NCBI GenBank assembly: GCA_046484045.1
Contig: JAWOBZ010000015.1
Coordinates: 1 to 55,624, forward strand
Direction: 5' to 3'
Length of the DNA stretch: 55,624 nucleotides
Source: Thermoplasmata archaeon
GTDB taxonomy: Archaea; Thermoplasmatota; Thermoplasmata; Halarchaeoplasmatales; Halarchaeoplasmataceae
The position numbers were made by a program, and so were the translations under genes. This document shows positions 1 through 9,273 of the stretch, one piece after another. The notes beneath the pieces are model-generated. The model did not search any database, was not told the DNA's origin, and worked only from the letters and a program-made list of their open reading frames with translations. Every line of letters begins with the position of its first letter. The stretch's first letter is position 1.

Positions 1-117
1 GCGACCTGTATCACTCTTTTCCCATGGTGGTTTAAGCTTTTTCAAAGCCCTTGAAAGATGTTTGATGAACAGAGAATCAATTTCCCTGTTCACTTGCTGT
101 ACTACCTTGGGGTTCAT
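1..117 (-). CDS. 5' fragment of a probable IS transposase (runs off the left edge)
   Basis: ATG at 117 opens a frame to position 1: MNPKVVQQVNREIDSLFIKHLSRALKKLKPPWEKSDTGR. The PW-x4-GR pattern resembles N-termini of IS5/ISNCY-type transposases. Not in the ORF track. Confidence 0.45.
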   Translation of the reverse strand, partial: MNPKVVQQVNREIDSLFIKHLSRALKKLKPPWEKSDTGR

Positions 118-192
118 CCTTTTGCTAGTGCATCCCAAAGTAATTTATAATTAGATAAAAATCTTATTAAAATAGTTTCGGGATGAAGCCCC
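1..192 (-). mobile_element. Putative insertion-sequence end (candidate TIR GGGGCTTCATCCCGAAAC)
   Basis: GG-starting GC-rich end 2-3 bp after the stop of 195..503, followed by an AT-rich promoter-like stretch and the transposase-like ORF. The partner TIR would lie outside the window. Confidence 0.35.
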
Positions 193-194
193 TG

Positions 195-503
195 CTACTG
201 GTACATCATGTCCGTGCTTCTGTTCTCTTCCTTTTTCTTCTTCCTCTTAGATTTTTTATGTTTGACCGCCCTCTCCTGCGATGGGTTCGTTCCGTGAAAA
301 GAAACGTCGGTCCTTTTCAATCTTAGGTAGGTCTTATCCGGCAGGGGTTCCATCTCCACGATCCCCCTAGAAGCTAGACCTTTAGCCACCCTCTTCACCT
401 TCTTTTCAGATATGTTCAATTCGCGGGCTGCATCTTCGACGGTCACGGGTCTACCCTCCATGAGAAGTCTGATCAACTTAGCTTCCAGAGAATCGCTATC
501 CAT
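195..503 (-). CDS. Winged-helix protein with basic tail and C-terminal MYQ
   Basis: HTH-like segment VTVEDAARELNISEKKVKRVAKGLASRGIV; Lys/Arg-rich tail; ends ...DMMYQ. Confidence 0.7.
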   Translation of the reverse strand: MDSDSLEAKLIRLLMEGRPVTVEDAARELNISEKKVKRVAKGLASRGIVEMEPLPDKTYLRLKRTDVSFHGTNPSQERAVKHKKSKRKKKKEENRSTDMMYQ

Positions 504-519
504 CTGTATCGTGATGTGA

Positions 520-810
520 TCACCCGAAGTAGGAACTGCCTTTTTTCGTACCTTCTTCCTCTTCCTTTTCAGCTTGCTCTATGACATCCAGATGGATGAT
601 CATATGGCTCGGTATAACCCTGATCCTACCCGGATCGTCGTGTGTGTCGTCCAGTTCCATCTTAAGACCGTGATCCCTCCCCAGGATTATATATCCCTTG
701 AAAACACCTCTAGTTTCCAACGTTTCTTCTCGGGTGTACAGCGATTTTATCACGTATTTGGATCCCTTCACCAACTCCTTCTCTATCTTTCCTTTCATCA
801 CAATGCTCAC
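520..810 (-). CDS. Small hypothetical protein, possible Sm-like beta-barrel, C-terminal YFG
   Basis: GTG start overlaps the upstream TGA (GTGA). Beta-rich pattern RGVFKGY..LKMEL..RIRVIPSHMIIHLDV; acidic tail. Confidence 0.6.
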   Translation of the reverse strand: MSIVMKGKIEKELVKGSKYVIKSLYTREETLETRGVFKGYIILGRDHGLKMELDDTHDDPGRIRVIPSHMIIHLDVIEQAEKEEEEGTKKGSSYFG

Positions 811-1250
811 TCTTCCATCAATTCATTTATCTTCTGTATCGTTTCTCTGTACCTTTTCATCGTGGATTCAACGTTGGCCTCCGTCACATGCCATGCGGTC
901 AACAGATCGCCGTGCCTTATCCGGTATCCCTTCTTGATGACCTCTCCGTTGTCTTCGATGGCGATATCTTCCGATTCCAGCAGGTCCATGTTCTTGAGCT
1001 TGTTCAGGTGCCGATATACAGTCGGTTTTGAAGCCCCCAGGATCGCTGCTATCTCGTCCACCGTCCTAGATCTATCCGGTGCCTTCAAAAAAACGTCGGT
1101 CCATAGTCGGAAAGGGACGCTGTCGTAGACTTCATCACCCGTTCTTCTGCCGGAGAGATAACCTATATCCAGCAGGAATCTTTCCAGCACTTCATGTAGG
1201 TCATCTGAAACGACCGGCGTGTGACTAGTCATCTTGATTTCAAAGGTCAT
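807..1250 (-). CDS. ArsR/TrmB-like HTH transcriptional regulator
   Basis: TVDEIAAILGASKPTVYRHLNKLKNMDLL HTH. Confidence 0.75.
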   Translation of the reverse strand: MTFEIKMTSHTPVVSDDLHEVLERFLLDIGYLSGRRTGDEVYDSVPFRLWTDVFLKAPDRSRTVDEIAAILGASKPTVYRHLNKLKNMDLLESEDIAIEDNGEVIKKGYRIRHGDLLTAWHVTEANVESTMKRYRETIQKINELMEE

Positions 1251-1363
1251 ATCTGTTGATAAGCCGTGGTCATTAATAACTGTTGTGTCTTTACCTTAAT
1301 TTTTATCATGCAGCCGAAAATCGATACATAAAAAATATAGTCGACCTGTAGGATGGCCGCCCG

Positions 1364-1615
1364 ATGTCACCTGAGATACTGCTGAAATTCTTTGCATCTG
1401 CAAGGGAATCAGTCGGACAAAAAACTATGAGATTGGAGGTCGATGAAGGTACGAACGCGAAGGATGTTTTTGAAGAACTCAGCCGTAGATATCCAACGCT
1501 GGAATCCATAAAGAAACAGGTGATAATAGCCGTTAACAAGAACACTGGTGAGGTGGAAAAAGAACTAGAAGACGGAGACGAGATCGCCTTTCTACCACCG
1601 GTCAGCGGCGGTTGA
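1364..1615 (+). CDS. MoaD/ThiS-family ubiquitin-like sulfur carrier (SAMP-like)
   Basis: 83 aa; KFFASARE; C-terminal EIAFLPPVSGG diglycine. Confidence 0.9.
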   Translation: MSPEILLKFFASARESVGQKTMRLEVDEGTNAKDVFEELSRRYPTLESIKKQVIIAVNKNTGEVEKELEDGDEIAFLPPVSGG

Positions 1616-1663
1616 TATCTTCGTAAATGCAGGAATTGTAAATATATTTATATAAAACGGATA

Positions 1664-4600
1664 ATGTGGTTATTTAAAATGACTGAGCGTAAAACCACCA
1701 GTATTTGTATAATAATCTTGATGTTCTTAATATCCTTGAGTCCGATTTTGAATGTAGTAGAGGAGTCCCGGGCTCACTGGATTATCGAAGATGATGAAAC
1801 CTATACCGTGGAAAACAAGGTGATCACCCAGAACGAAGGCTTTACCGTCAGGGGTACATTGAACTACAAGAACGTGACCCTCGTCCTGAACACATCTGAG
1901 GGCAATATATACAAAGTGGAAGATGGGGGGATGTTGACCTTACGCGATTCAGAAGTAATACCGTATCAGCAGTACTACAGAAAGGAACTGACTTTAGAAC
2001 TGAAAGAGGGAGAGAATATGCTCTCTTTCGCGTTCCACAGAGTGGATAACAGTGTCGAGTCGGTGCTTTCCCCCCTAGAAGGTCACATAGAATCTGCTTG
2101 GTATTACGACCCTTGGGACGAGGAAGACCACGTAAAAATATACGACCCAGATCGGAGCCCTCACTTCAACGATCTTAAAGAAGTTGACGAGGATATGGCT
2201 CTAATCGTCGAAACCAACGATGATATCGTGGTAAATATGAGCGGTTACCCCAGGAACCATGTCGATACCACGCTTAAAGAGGGATACAACATGTTCTCCT
2301 ATCCCTTTCTCCATGAACAAAATGTGTCTGAAGTATTCCCGGATATAATGTCCGATATAGACGTTGTAAAAAAGGTGGCGGCCGGAGAGGATGATCTTTT
2401 ATTCAATATGTCATACGATAATAAAGAGTACTTAGTCGGGGGTCCAGTTAATGAAACTATCATGAAAGAATTTGAGGAGAACGATATAACGTTATCTTCG
2501 GATGCTGAAGTTGTCAACCTTACCGACGGAAAATGGAGAATAGAAGACGGTATGCATCTGTACGAGATAGCGGAAGGTGATGAAGCGCTCAGAGTGTACA
2601 AATTAACTTTGGGCCCGGACGAGATCATGAAGCCGGGTTTCGGTTATTGGGTGAATATGAAGAATACAAGGGATTGGAGTGCTAACATAAACGGTGGGAT
2701 CTCTGCGGCCAAGGCAGAAGGATTTGAGCTGTCTACAGGGATATCGCTCACGTTCCATGAGGGAAGTTTAGGTTCGATAGAAAACACCGTTTTCCACGGC
2801 ACCCGCGAAACAGATTCCTTGGAAACCACCAACATCATGGATATACAGTCGAATTCCGTTGTGGTCCAAAAATCCACCTTTATCGGATCTGATATACCCC
2901 TATCGATCTCACATTCAGACCCATCCATAATAGATACGAGTTTTCTTAACTATTCCGTGAATGGATTATACGCACGGGACTCATCGTTCAACCTTTACAA
3001 CTCCACCTTCGATTCGGACATGGGATGGGCAGTGCACTACGAGAACGGCTCTCCAGAGGTAGTGAGAAACAGTATCCACGGTGCCAACGGCATACGTGTT
3101 TATGATTCGAGGGGAGTGCTGATGAGGAACAATTTTTCACATCTCGGTGGATCCGGTGTTATGTTCACCCGAAGTAGGTCTTTCCTTGAGAAAAATTACT
3201 TCTCTCACACCTTTAAAAGCGCTGTTAGAAGTGAAAGCTCGGAACTGATGATCTACACGAACGAATTCTACAACGTGGGTGGGGGCATCTATTGTACGGA
3301 AAGCAATCTAACTATCCACGGCAATGAGCTGGAGGACGTGGGCTTTGGAATAAAGGCATTTGCATCCACCCTCTCCATACAAGATAACACCATCAAAAAC
3401 GGATCCGGGGGCTGCCTGTTGATATCCGATTCGGATTCTGAGATCAAAGACAATACACTGTACTACGGGTCCACGGGAATCCAGGTATCTGGAGACACGA
3501 TAATCGCGGAAGGTAACGATGTTAAGGGGATGGATAATCAAGGTGTAAGGATCCACAAATCAAACAATTTCACGCTGTATGGCAATACAATCACAGAAAA
3601 CGGAGGGGTCGGTCTTATAATAGAGGATGCAGACGGAATATCCAACGGTAACAGCATAATAGACAATTCAGGTGGTGTAAAGTTATCATCATCCATAAGA
3701 TTCGTGAACAACACGGTGAGCAGGAACGATATTTATGGTATCTCGATAAAAGACTCATCTCCATTCCTAGACACCCTCATACTTTCTCTCAATGAAAATT
3801 ACGCCGTCAAGTTCGAAAACAGTGACACCTTTTTGAAGTCATGCAGTCTTTTGGGCAGCAGCTATCATCTCTACCTTGTATCATCTAGGATTACAGCGAT
3901 AACCTCATATCTGGATGAGGATAAGGTGTGGATGGATGGGGAAAGTGAACTGTACCTCCAGGATGCGATAGAAGTTACAATCAAAGAAGACAGGAGGTTG
4001 GATGATTACGATCTATTGGAGCATCTACCGCCTGATACCAAGATAAACAGCGTGTTTGGAAACGGATCCGTAACGGTAACGATAAGGAGGAATACCATAG
4101 ATATAGTGCCGCCAGAAAATTTTAGTGGTACGGTGAATATGACATTCAATGTAACCTTCTCGAATAGATGGTTGACCACCGTACCCCTGTCACTGGAAGT
4201 CACCCCGGTGAACGACCTCCCCGTTCTAAAGGAGCTGTATGTGAACAAATCGTACAGTCCGGATAAGATCACGTGGCTCGTGTCATACACAGACGGTGAT
4301 AACGTTCCCCCAGAGTACATCGAGATAGTCATCAACGGAGACCATTTCCCTATGGAGGAAGTGAACCCGGACGACAATAACTATGCTGATGGTAAACTTT
4401 ATAGCTTCGAGAAGTACACAGAGCCCGGGGACTACAACTATTATTACGTTGCTGAAGAGAACAACGATTTGGGGGAGAATTCACTGGCGAAAACTCGGTC
4501 TAAAAATGTTTCGATGGACCCCACCAGCCCCGCTCTGTTGAACAACGTATGGCTCCTCCTGGTATTGATGATAATTCTACTGGTGATAGTGATCTCAGCC

Positions 4601-5458
4601 GTATACACCGTTTACGGTTCGAAATTATCCTCACCAAAAAGCGATATCAAGACGGATGAGATCTTAGAGGAATACCGTGAGGAGAAGGAAAGAGAAGAAA
4701 CTGAATCCGAGGGTGATGAGATATCCCGCATAATAGAGACCATAGAGAGAGACATAGAAAATCTTGGTAAAAAGGAGGATCGATTTATCGAGATGCCAGG
4801 AGAAGAGGGAGAAGTATCCAAAGGAAAATCCTCCATAGGTCCAAAACCTCTTCCAGTATTGAAGTCCAAAAGAGAGTTGGAAAAAGAGAAAGAGCTAGAA
4901 CAAGATCAAATGCAGGATATAGATGAATCCGAGGGAGAGGAAGAAACGGAAGAGACGAAAGGAACGGAAGAAAAGGAAGAAACCGGGGGGATCACAGAAC
5001 CAACGGATGATTTGGAAACCTCCGAAGATAGTAAACCAATAAGAAGGATAAGGAAGTTAAAAACCGAAGATTTCGATGCTGAAGACGACCCGGAGATCAA
5101 GGCAGAGGAACTCGAAGAGGGTGACACGGAAGAGGATGCATCAGAAAAGGAAGGATCGGTCCAAATTGATATAGTGGGTGAAGCAGAGGGAGCAGACGAA
5201 CACGGAGATGATGAGGTTGCAGAAAGTGAAGGCGTATCAGATCAATATCAAATGGGATCGGGAGGGGAGGACATGGATGCCGTGGAATTAACTGGCTCCA
5301 GAAAACATAGACTCTTAAGAGGTCAGCGAAGGATCATCCGACCTAAAAGCAGGAAATTAAAAGAGGATATGGAACAAGAGGTCGAAAAAGAAGAGCAAGA
5401 TAAAAGCGGCTCTGGGTCTGGAAAGAAATTGAGGATGTTGAGGAGAAATGACGACTAA
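1664..5458 (+). CDS. Large membrane-anchored surface protein with right-handed beta-helix (NosD/CASH-like) repeats and an acidic cytoplasmic tail
   Basis: N-terminal signal-like hydrophobic stretch; repeated I-x-x-N-T-I / GI patterns; TM helix near aa 960-985; Glu/Asp-rich tail. The true start may be ATG 1679. Confidence 0.75.
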   Translation: MWLFKMTERKTTSICIIILMFLISLSPILNVVEESRAHWIIEDDETYTVENKVITQNEGFTVRGTLNYKNVTLVLNTSEGNIYKVEDGGMLTLRDSEVIPYQQYYRKELTLELKEGENMLSFAFHRVDNSVESVLSPLEGHIESAWYYDPWDEEDHVKIYDPDRSPHFNDLKEVDEDMALIVETNDDIVVNMSGYPRNHVDTTLKEGYNMFSYPFLHEQNVSEVFPDIMSDIDVVKKVAAGEDDLLFNMSYDNKEYLVGGPVNETIMKEFEENDITLSSDAEVVNLTDGKWRIEDGMHLYEIAEGDEALRVYKLTLGPDEIMKPGFGYWVNMKNTRDWSANINGGISAAKAEGFELSTGISLTFHEGSLGSIENTVFHGTRETDSLETTNIMDIQSNSVVVQKSTFIGSDIPLSISHSDPSIIDTSFLNYSVNGLYARDSSFNLYNSTFDSDMGWAVHYENGSPEVVRNSIHGANGIRVYDSRGVLMRNNFSHLGGSGVMFTRSRSFLEKNYFSHTFKSAVRSESSELMIYTNEFYNVGGGIYCTESNLTIHGNELEDVGFGIKAFASTLSIQDNTIKNGSGGCLLISDSDSEIKDNTLYYGSTGIQVSGDTIIAEGNDVKGMDNQGVRIHKSNNFTLYGNTITENGGVGLIIEDADGISNGNSIIDNSGGVKLSSSIRFVNNTVSRNDIYGISIKDSSPFLDTLILSLNENYAVKFENSDTFLKSCSLLGSSYHLYLVSSRITAITSYLDEDKVWMDGESELYLQDAIEVTIKEDRRLDDYDLLEHLPPDTKINSVFGNGSVTVTIRRNTIDIVPPENFSGTVNMTFNVTFSNRWLTTVPLSLEVTPVNDLPVLKELYVNKSYSPDKITWLVSYTDGDNVPPEYIEIVINGDHFPMEEVNPDDNNYADGKLYSFEKYTEPGDYNYYYVAEENNDLGENSLAKTRSKNVSMDPTSPALLNNVWLLLVLMIILLVIVISAVYTVYGSKLSSPKSDIKTDEILEEYREEKEREETESEGDEISRIIETIERDIENLGKKEDRFIEMPGEEGEVSKGKSSIGPKPLPVLKSKRELEKEKELEQDQMQDIDESEGEEETEETKGTEEKEETGGITEPTDDLETSEDSKPIRRIRKLKTEDFDAEDDPEIKAEELEEGDTEEDASEKEGSVQIDIVGEAEGADEHGDDEVAESEGVSDQYQMGSGGEDMDAVELTGSRKHRLLRGQRRIIRPKSRKLKEDMEQEVEKEEQDKSGSGSGKKLRMLRRNDD

Positions 5459-5484
5459 TGAGAGCCGTGAATCAATTCAGAGCT

Positions 5485-6051
5485 TTAGAAACCCTCTCCA
5501 ATTATCTTGACATCGGAGCCTTCCATCTTTACTTTTAATAAGGTTTTAATCTTTAATCCCAATTCTTCCTGCAGCTCCTCTTTTACACCGACCTTTTCAA
5601 AGATTATGACTGTGTCACAGATGTCCACACCGATCCTATCCAGAGCTTGAACGATAGACCTCAACGTCCCTCCCGTGCTCAAAACGTCGTCGATAAGGAA
5701 CACCCTGTCTCCCCTTTCCACAAAATTGAGATACATATTGCTCTCGGAGTACCCCGTGGTCTGTTTAATCGGGAACTCGTTTTCCAAACCATATTTTCTT
5801 TTCCTTATGAACTTGTACGGTATCCCGCTCTTCATCGAAAGGGCAGCTGCCAATGGGAACCCCATGGACTGAGCTGTGAGTATATAATCACAGTCGAGGT
5901 CGGCGATGTCCATAACCGTATCCACTACCTCCTCTAAAAGTTCCGTTTCTACGAGCGGCAGGCCGTCCGTAAGGGGATGTATAAAGTAATGATAGTCCTT
6001 CATCTCAACGACGGGGCATTCTTCTAACGATCTTTTCAGTTTTTCCAGCAT
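5485..6051 (-). CDS. hpt: Archaeal hypoxanthine/guanine phosphoribosyltransferase
   Basis: YFIHPLTDG N-terminal motif; PRPP-binding LIDDVLSTGGT. Confidence 0.8.
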   Translation of the reverse strand: MLEKLKRSLEECPVVEMKDYHYFIHPLTDGLPLVETELLEEVVDTVMDIADLDCDYILTAQSMGFPLAAALSMKSGIPYKFIRKRKYGLENEFPIKQTTGYSESNMYLNFVERGDRVFLIDDVLSTGGTLRSIVQALDRIGVDICDTVIIFEKVGVKEELQEELGLKIKTLLKVKMEGSDVKIIGEGF

Positions 6052-6055
6052 ATTA

Positions 6056-7321
6056 TCAACTCTTCACCTTGGCTACTAATTCACGAGCTCTTTCACAGGC
6101 ATTCTTGATGATCTCGTCCTCCCCCTCGATAGATCTATCTCTCATGACGACCTTTCCGTCGATCACAACATCGTTGACACAGGAGCCGTTCAGGGAGTAA
6201 ATCAGGTCCGAAACAAAGTTGTGAGTCGGCACGCCCTGGACCCCCCTGTCTATCGCGACCAGATCGGCTGCCATACCTTCTTTGATCAGACCTCCCCCAG
6301 TACCAAGAGCTTCACTTCCTTTCTTGGTGATCATCTCATACGCTTCCTCCGCTGGCATGAGAGTAGGCTCTCCGAAGACTTTCTGCTGTAGGGCCGCTAT
6401 CTTTATCTCCTCTATCATATCGAGATTATTATTCGATGCACATCCATCTGTCCCAAGAGTGACTCTGACCCCGTTCTCTATCATAGCTCCATAGGGCATG
6501 GGCTTACCCACACCTAATTTCATGTTCGATGATGGATTGTGGCTGACGGTGACACCTCTTTCCCCTAGTAACTCGATATCATCTGAAGACAGCCAAACAC
6601 AGTGGGCTGCTGTCATCCTCTCGTTCAATATGCCGATATCATCGAGATACTCCGTTATGCTCTCATCGTGTTCCTTTCTGAAATCCTTGATCTCTTCTTC
6701 GGTTTCAGCCAGATGAAAGTGAACCGAGATATCCTCTTTTTCCGCGTACTCAGTGACCCATTCTAGCCCCTCTCTGGAAACGGTGTACGGCGAGTGCGGG
6801 CCCAACGCTGCCGAGATGTTCTTTTTTCCTTTCAAATAATCAACTAGATCTTCCGTTTTTTCTATCTCGGATTGTCTCTTTTCCTCATCACCCAGATCTA
6901 TGAATCCATAGCTGAGCGTGGCCTTCATCCCCATCTCTTCGACGGCATCGGCTGCCCTCTCCATAAAAAAGTACATATCGTTGAAAGCTACGGTCCCACT
7001 CTTTATCATCTCCAGACAGGCCAACTTGGTTCCCCAGTAGATATCGTCTTCCGTCAGGTTACCTTCGAGAGGCCATATCTCCTCCCGCAGCCATTTATCC
7101 AAAGGGAGATCGTCGGCATAACCCCTGAAAAGGACCATGGCTGCATGAGTATGGGTATTGACCAGGCCGGGTATCAAATACTTACCACCGCCGTGGATCA
7201 CCTCTTCACCGTCTTCTTCACGGCTGATTCTCGAGATCAACCCGTTCTCTACCTTCACATCCCACGTCCCTTCTCGACCCGGTATCTTCACGGCTCGGAT
7301 AACTAGGTTCTTATCTTTCAT
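6056..7321 (-). CDS. mtaD: Amidohydrolase, MTA/SAH (5'-deoxyadenosine) deaminase family
   Basis: PGLVNTHTH, HLAET, HNPSSNMKL and GTDG motifs. Start moved to ATG 7321, behind GGAG and just after the upstream stop. Confidence 0.8.
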   Translation of the reverse strand: MKDKNLVIRAVKIPGREGTWDVKVENGLISRISREEDGEEVIHGGGKYLIPGLVNTHTHAAMVLFRGYADDLPLDKWLREEIWPLEGNLTEDDIYWGTKLACLEMIKSGTVAFNDMYFFMERAADAVEEMGMKATLSYGFIDLGDEEKRQSEIEKTEDLVDYLKGKKNISAALGPHSPYTVSREGLEWVTEYAEKEDISVHFHLAETEEEIKDFRKEHDESITEYLDDIGILNERMTAAHCVWLSSDDIELLGERGVTVSHNPSSNMKLGVGKPMPYGAMIENGVRVTLGTDGCASNNNLDMIEEIKIAALQQKVFGEPTLMPAEEAYEMITKKGSEALGTGGGLIKEGMAADLVAIDRGVQGVPTHNFVSDLIYSLNGSCVNDVVIDGKVVMRDRSIEGEDEIIKNACERARELVAKVKS

Positions 7322-7322
7322 G

Positions 7323-8045
7323 TTATTCATCTCCATATCGCTTGATAAAGCATGACAGTATCTTAGTCGCATTCTCCCAGTTGTGTTCAGCCCTGCTTAC
7401 TATCTCTTGGTAATCTATCTTATCATCGATGATGCCGTTGGCATAGTTATCCACCGTAGTGATCGAGGCATACTTTAGATTAGCTTCTTTAGACAGTGTG
7501 GCCTCCGCGGCCATGGTCATACCGACCAGGTCGCCCATGGTTCCCAACACGTTGATTTCCGCCTTGGTTTCCAACCGGGGTCCTACGGTCTGGACGTATA
7601 TATCGGAATCTCTAACGGGAACATCAGATCCATCACAACAATCCAACAGCTTATCCCGTAACTCATTGGATAAAGAGGGGGTCACGTGCATGATGGACTC
7701 GTTGAAAAATGATATTATGTTCCAAAGGTTAACGTAATCTGACGGTATTGATATCGACGGCACCTGGATTTCCTTTATTAGAGCTCCAGCAGAAGAAACT
7801 CCGATGATTTTTTTCGTGTGCCTCTGGAGGGCGTATATATTGGCACGATGGTTGACCATGTGTGCAGGGATATCCTTTTTCTCTCCGTGTCTCATTATGA
7901 GATAAACATCTGTACCGTGTAGAGAGCCGTTGAATAAAGGGGATGATGGTGTCCCCCACGGTGTTGTGCTCTCCACACTCTTGACGTCCTCAAGTTCTTT
8001 CCATGTTTTAAAGCCGGTGCCACCGATTATTCCTATAGCGGTCAT
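7323..8045 (-). CDS. MTAP-family nucleoside phosphorylase, probably methylthioinosine-specific
   Basis: IGIIGGTG, RHG, GPRLET and VGMT motifs; VDNYA in place of the MTAP DYD motif. Confidence 0.8.
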   Translation of the reverse strand: MTAIGIIGGTGFKTWKELEDVKSVESTTPWGTPSSPLFNGSLHGTDVYLIMRHGEKKDIPAHMVNHRANIYALQRHTKKIIGVSSAGALIKEIQVPSISIPSDYVNLWNIISFFNESIMHVTPSLSNELRDKLLDCCDGSDVPVRDSDIYVQTVGPRLETKAEINVLGTMGDLVGMTMAAEATLSKEANLKYASITTVDNYANGIIDDKIDYQEIVSRAEHNWENATKILSCFIKRYGDE

Positions 8046-8254
8046 TTGAACACTGTTACTATGGAAAGAAGATATACATTATAAATTTTAGTCTATATTG
8101 GAACTCGTAATTTTTTAAAATAAGTTACAAGCTCCACGATTTATAGTGCAGGACAAAACTTCTTTACAATTCAGTTGGTTCCAAATATGTATTTTACTAT
8201 GATATGGATAAAGAAAAAAAGAAATGGAAAAAAGAAATGGTTTGGTATATTGTA

Positions 8255-9271
8255 CTACACTTTCTTGAAGTCCAATTTTCCGGCAAAGTGGCACATCGCA
8301 TAGTGTTCTTCCTTGATCTTCTTCAGCGTAGGCTTCTTCGTTTTACAGATGTCCTCAGAATATGGACATCTCGGATGGAATTTACATCCAGGGGGTACGT
8401 TTATCGGGCTGGGGATCTCACCCTTGACTTCGACACGACCTCTTTCAAACTTAGGGTCTGGTATCGGTACTGCGGATATCAACGCGTTTGTGTATGGATG
8501 TAAACTCTCGTGTATGACTTTCTCAGTCGGTCCTAGTTCCACTATATCTCCCAAGTACATTATACCGATCCTGTCGCACATGTACCTCGAAACAGCGATG
8601 TCGTGACTTATGAATACGAAAGGTATGCCGTAATCATCTCTAAGGTCGAGAAGTAGATTGAGCAGTCCTGCACGTATCGATACATCGAGCATAGAAGCGG
8701 GTTCGTCTGCCACGATGAATTCGGGTCTGAGCACCAGGGCCCTAGCGACTGCGACCCTTTGTCTCTGTCCGCCTGACAACTCGTGAGGATACCGGTGCAG
8801 ATACTCCATAGCCGGTTTTAACTCGGAAGCTTCGAGTGCCTTGCAGACTATATCCTCTTTCTCTTCGATCGTGCTTCCAACATTGTGAACGTTCAACGGT
8901 TCAGATATGGTTTGGAATACCGTGAAACGTGGATTGAGTGATTCATAAGGATCCTGAAAGATCATCTGGACGTTCCTTCGGAATTTTTTCAGGTTCTTTC
9001 CTTCCAGTGACGCTATGTCCGTACCCTTGAAAATCATGTGTCCTTCAGTTGGCTTCTCCAAGCGAACCATCAGTCTTCCTGTCGTGGTTTTACCACAACC
9101 AGATTCACCGCAGAGCCCCAGGATCTCTCCGCTCTTCATGTCGAAAGATAGTCCGTCCACTGCTTTTACGTACAACTCTTGTTCACTTTTTAGACCTGCT
9201 AAAAGACCCTGTTTTACCGGGAAATACTTCTTAAGATTCCTTACCTTTACCATAGATTGTTCTCTTGCCAT
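8255..9271 (-). CDS. oppF: Oligopeptide ABC transporter ATP-binding protein (OppF/DppF-like)
   Basis: GESGCGKT, LSGGQRQR, ADEP, HPYT and C-terminal GCKFHPRC. Start moved to ATG 9271 (MAREQ). Confidence 0.9.
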   Translation of the reverse strand: MAREQSMVKVRNLKKYFPVKQGLLAGLKSEQELYVKAVDGLSFDMKSGEILGLCGESGCGKTTTGRLMVRLEKPTEGHMIFKGTDIASLEGKNLKKFRRNVQMIFQDPYESLNPRFTVFQTISEPLNVHNVGSTIEEKEDIVCKALEASELKPAMEYLHRYPHELSGGQRQRVAVARALVLRPEFIVADEPASMLDVSIRAGLLNLLLDLRDDYGIPFVFISHDIAVSRYMCDRIGIMYLGDIVELGPTEKVIHESLHPYTNALISAVPIPDPKFERGRVEVKGEIPSPINVPPGCKFHPRCPYSEDICKTKKPTLKKIKEEHYAMCHFAGKLDFKKV

Positions 9272-9273
9272 AT

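Noticed and set aside
1-14. Alternative minus-strand GTG frame MIQVA resembling a hexulose-phosphate synthase start
   Set aside because: Only 4-5 codons; the longer ATG-117 frame explains the region better.
127-137. AGTGCATCCCA identical to the sRNA loop (40183-40193), i.e. antisense to the transposase leader
   Set aside because: An 11-nt match between a ~37-nt loop and 55 kb on two strands is roughly expected by chance.
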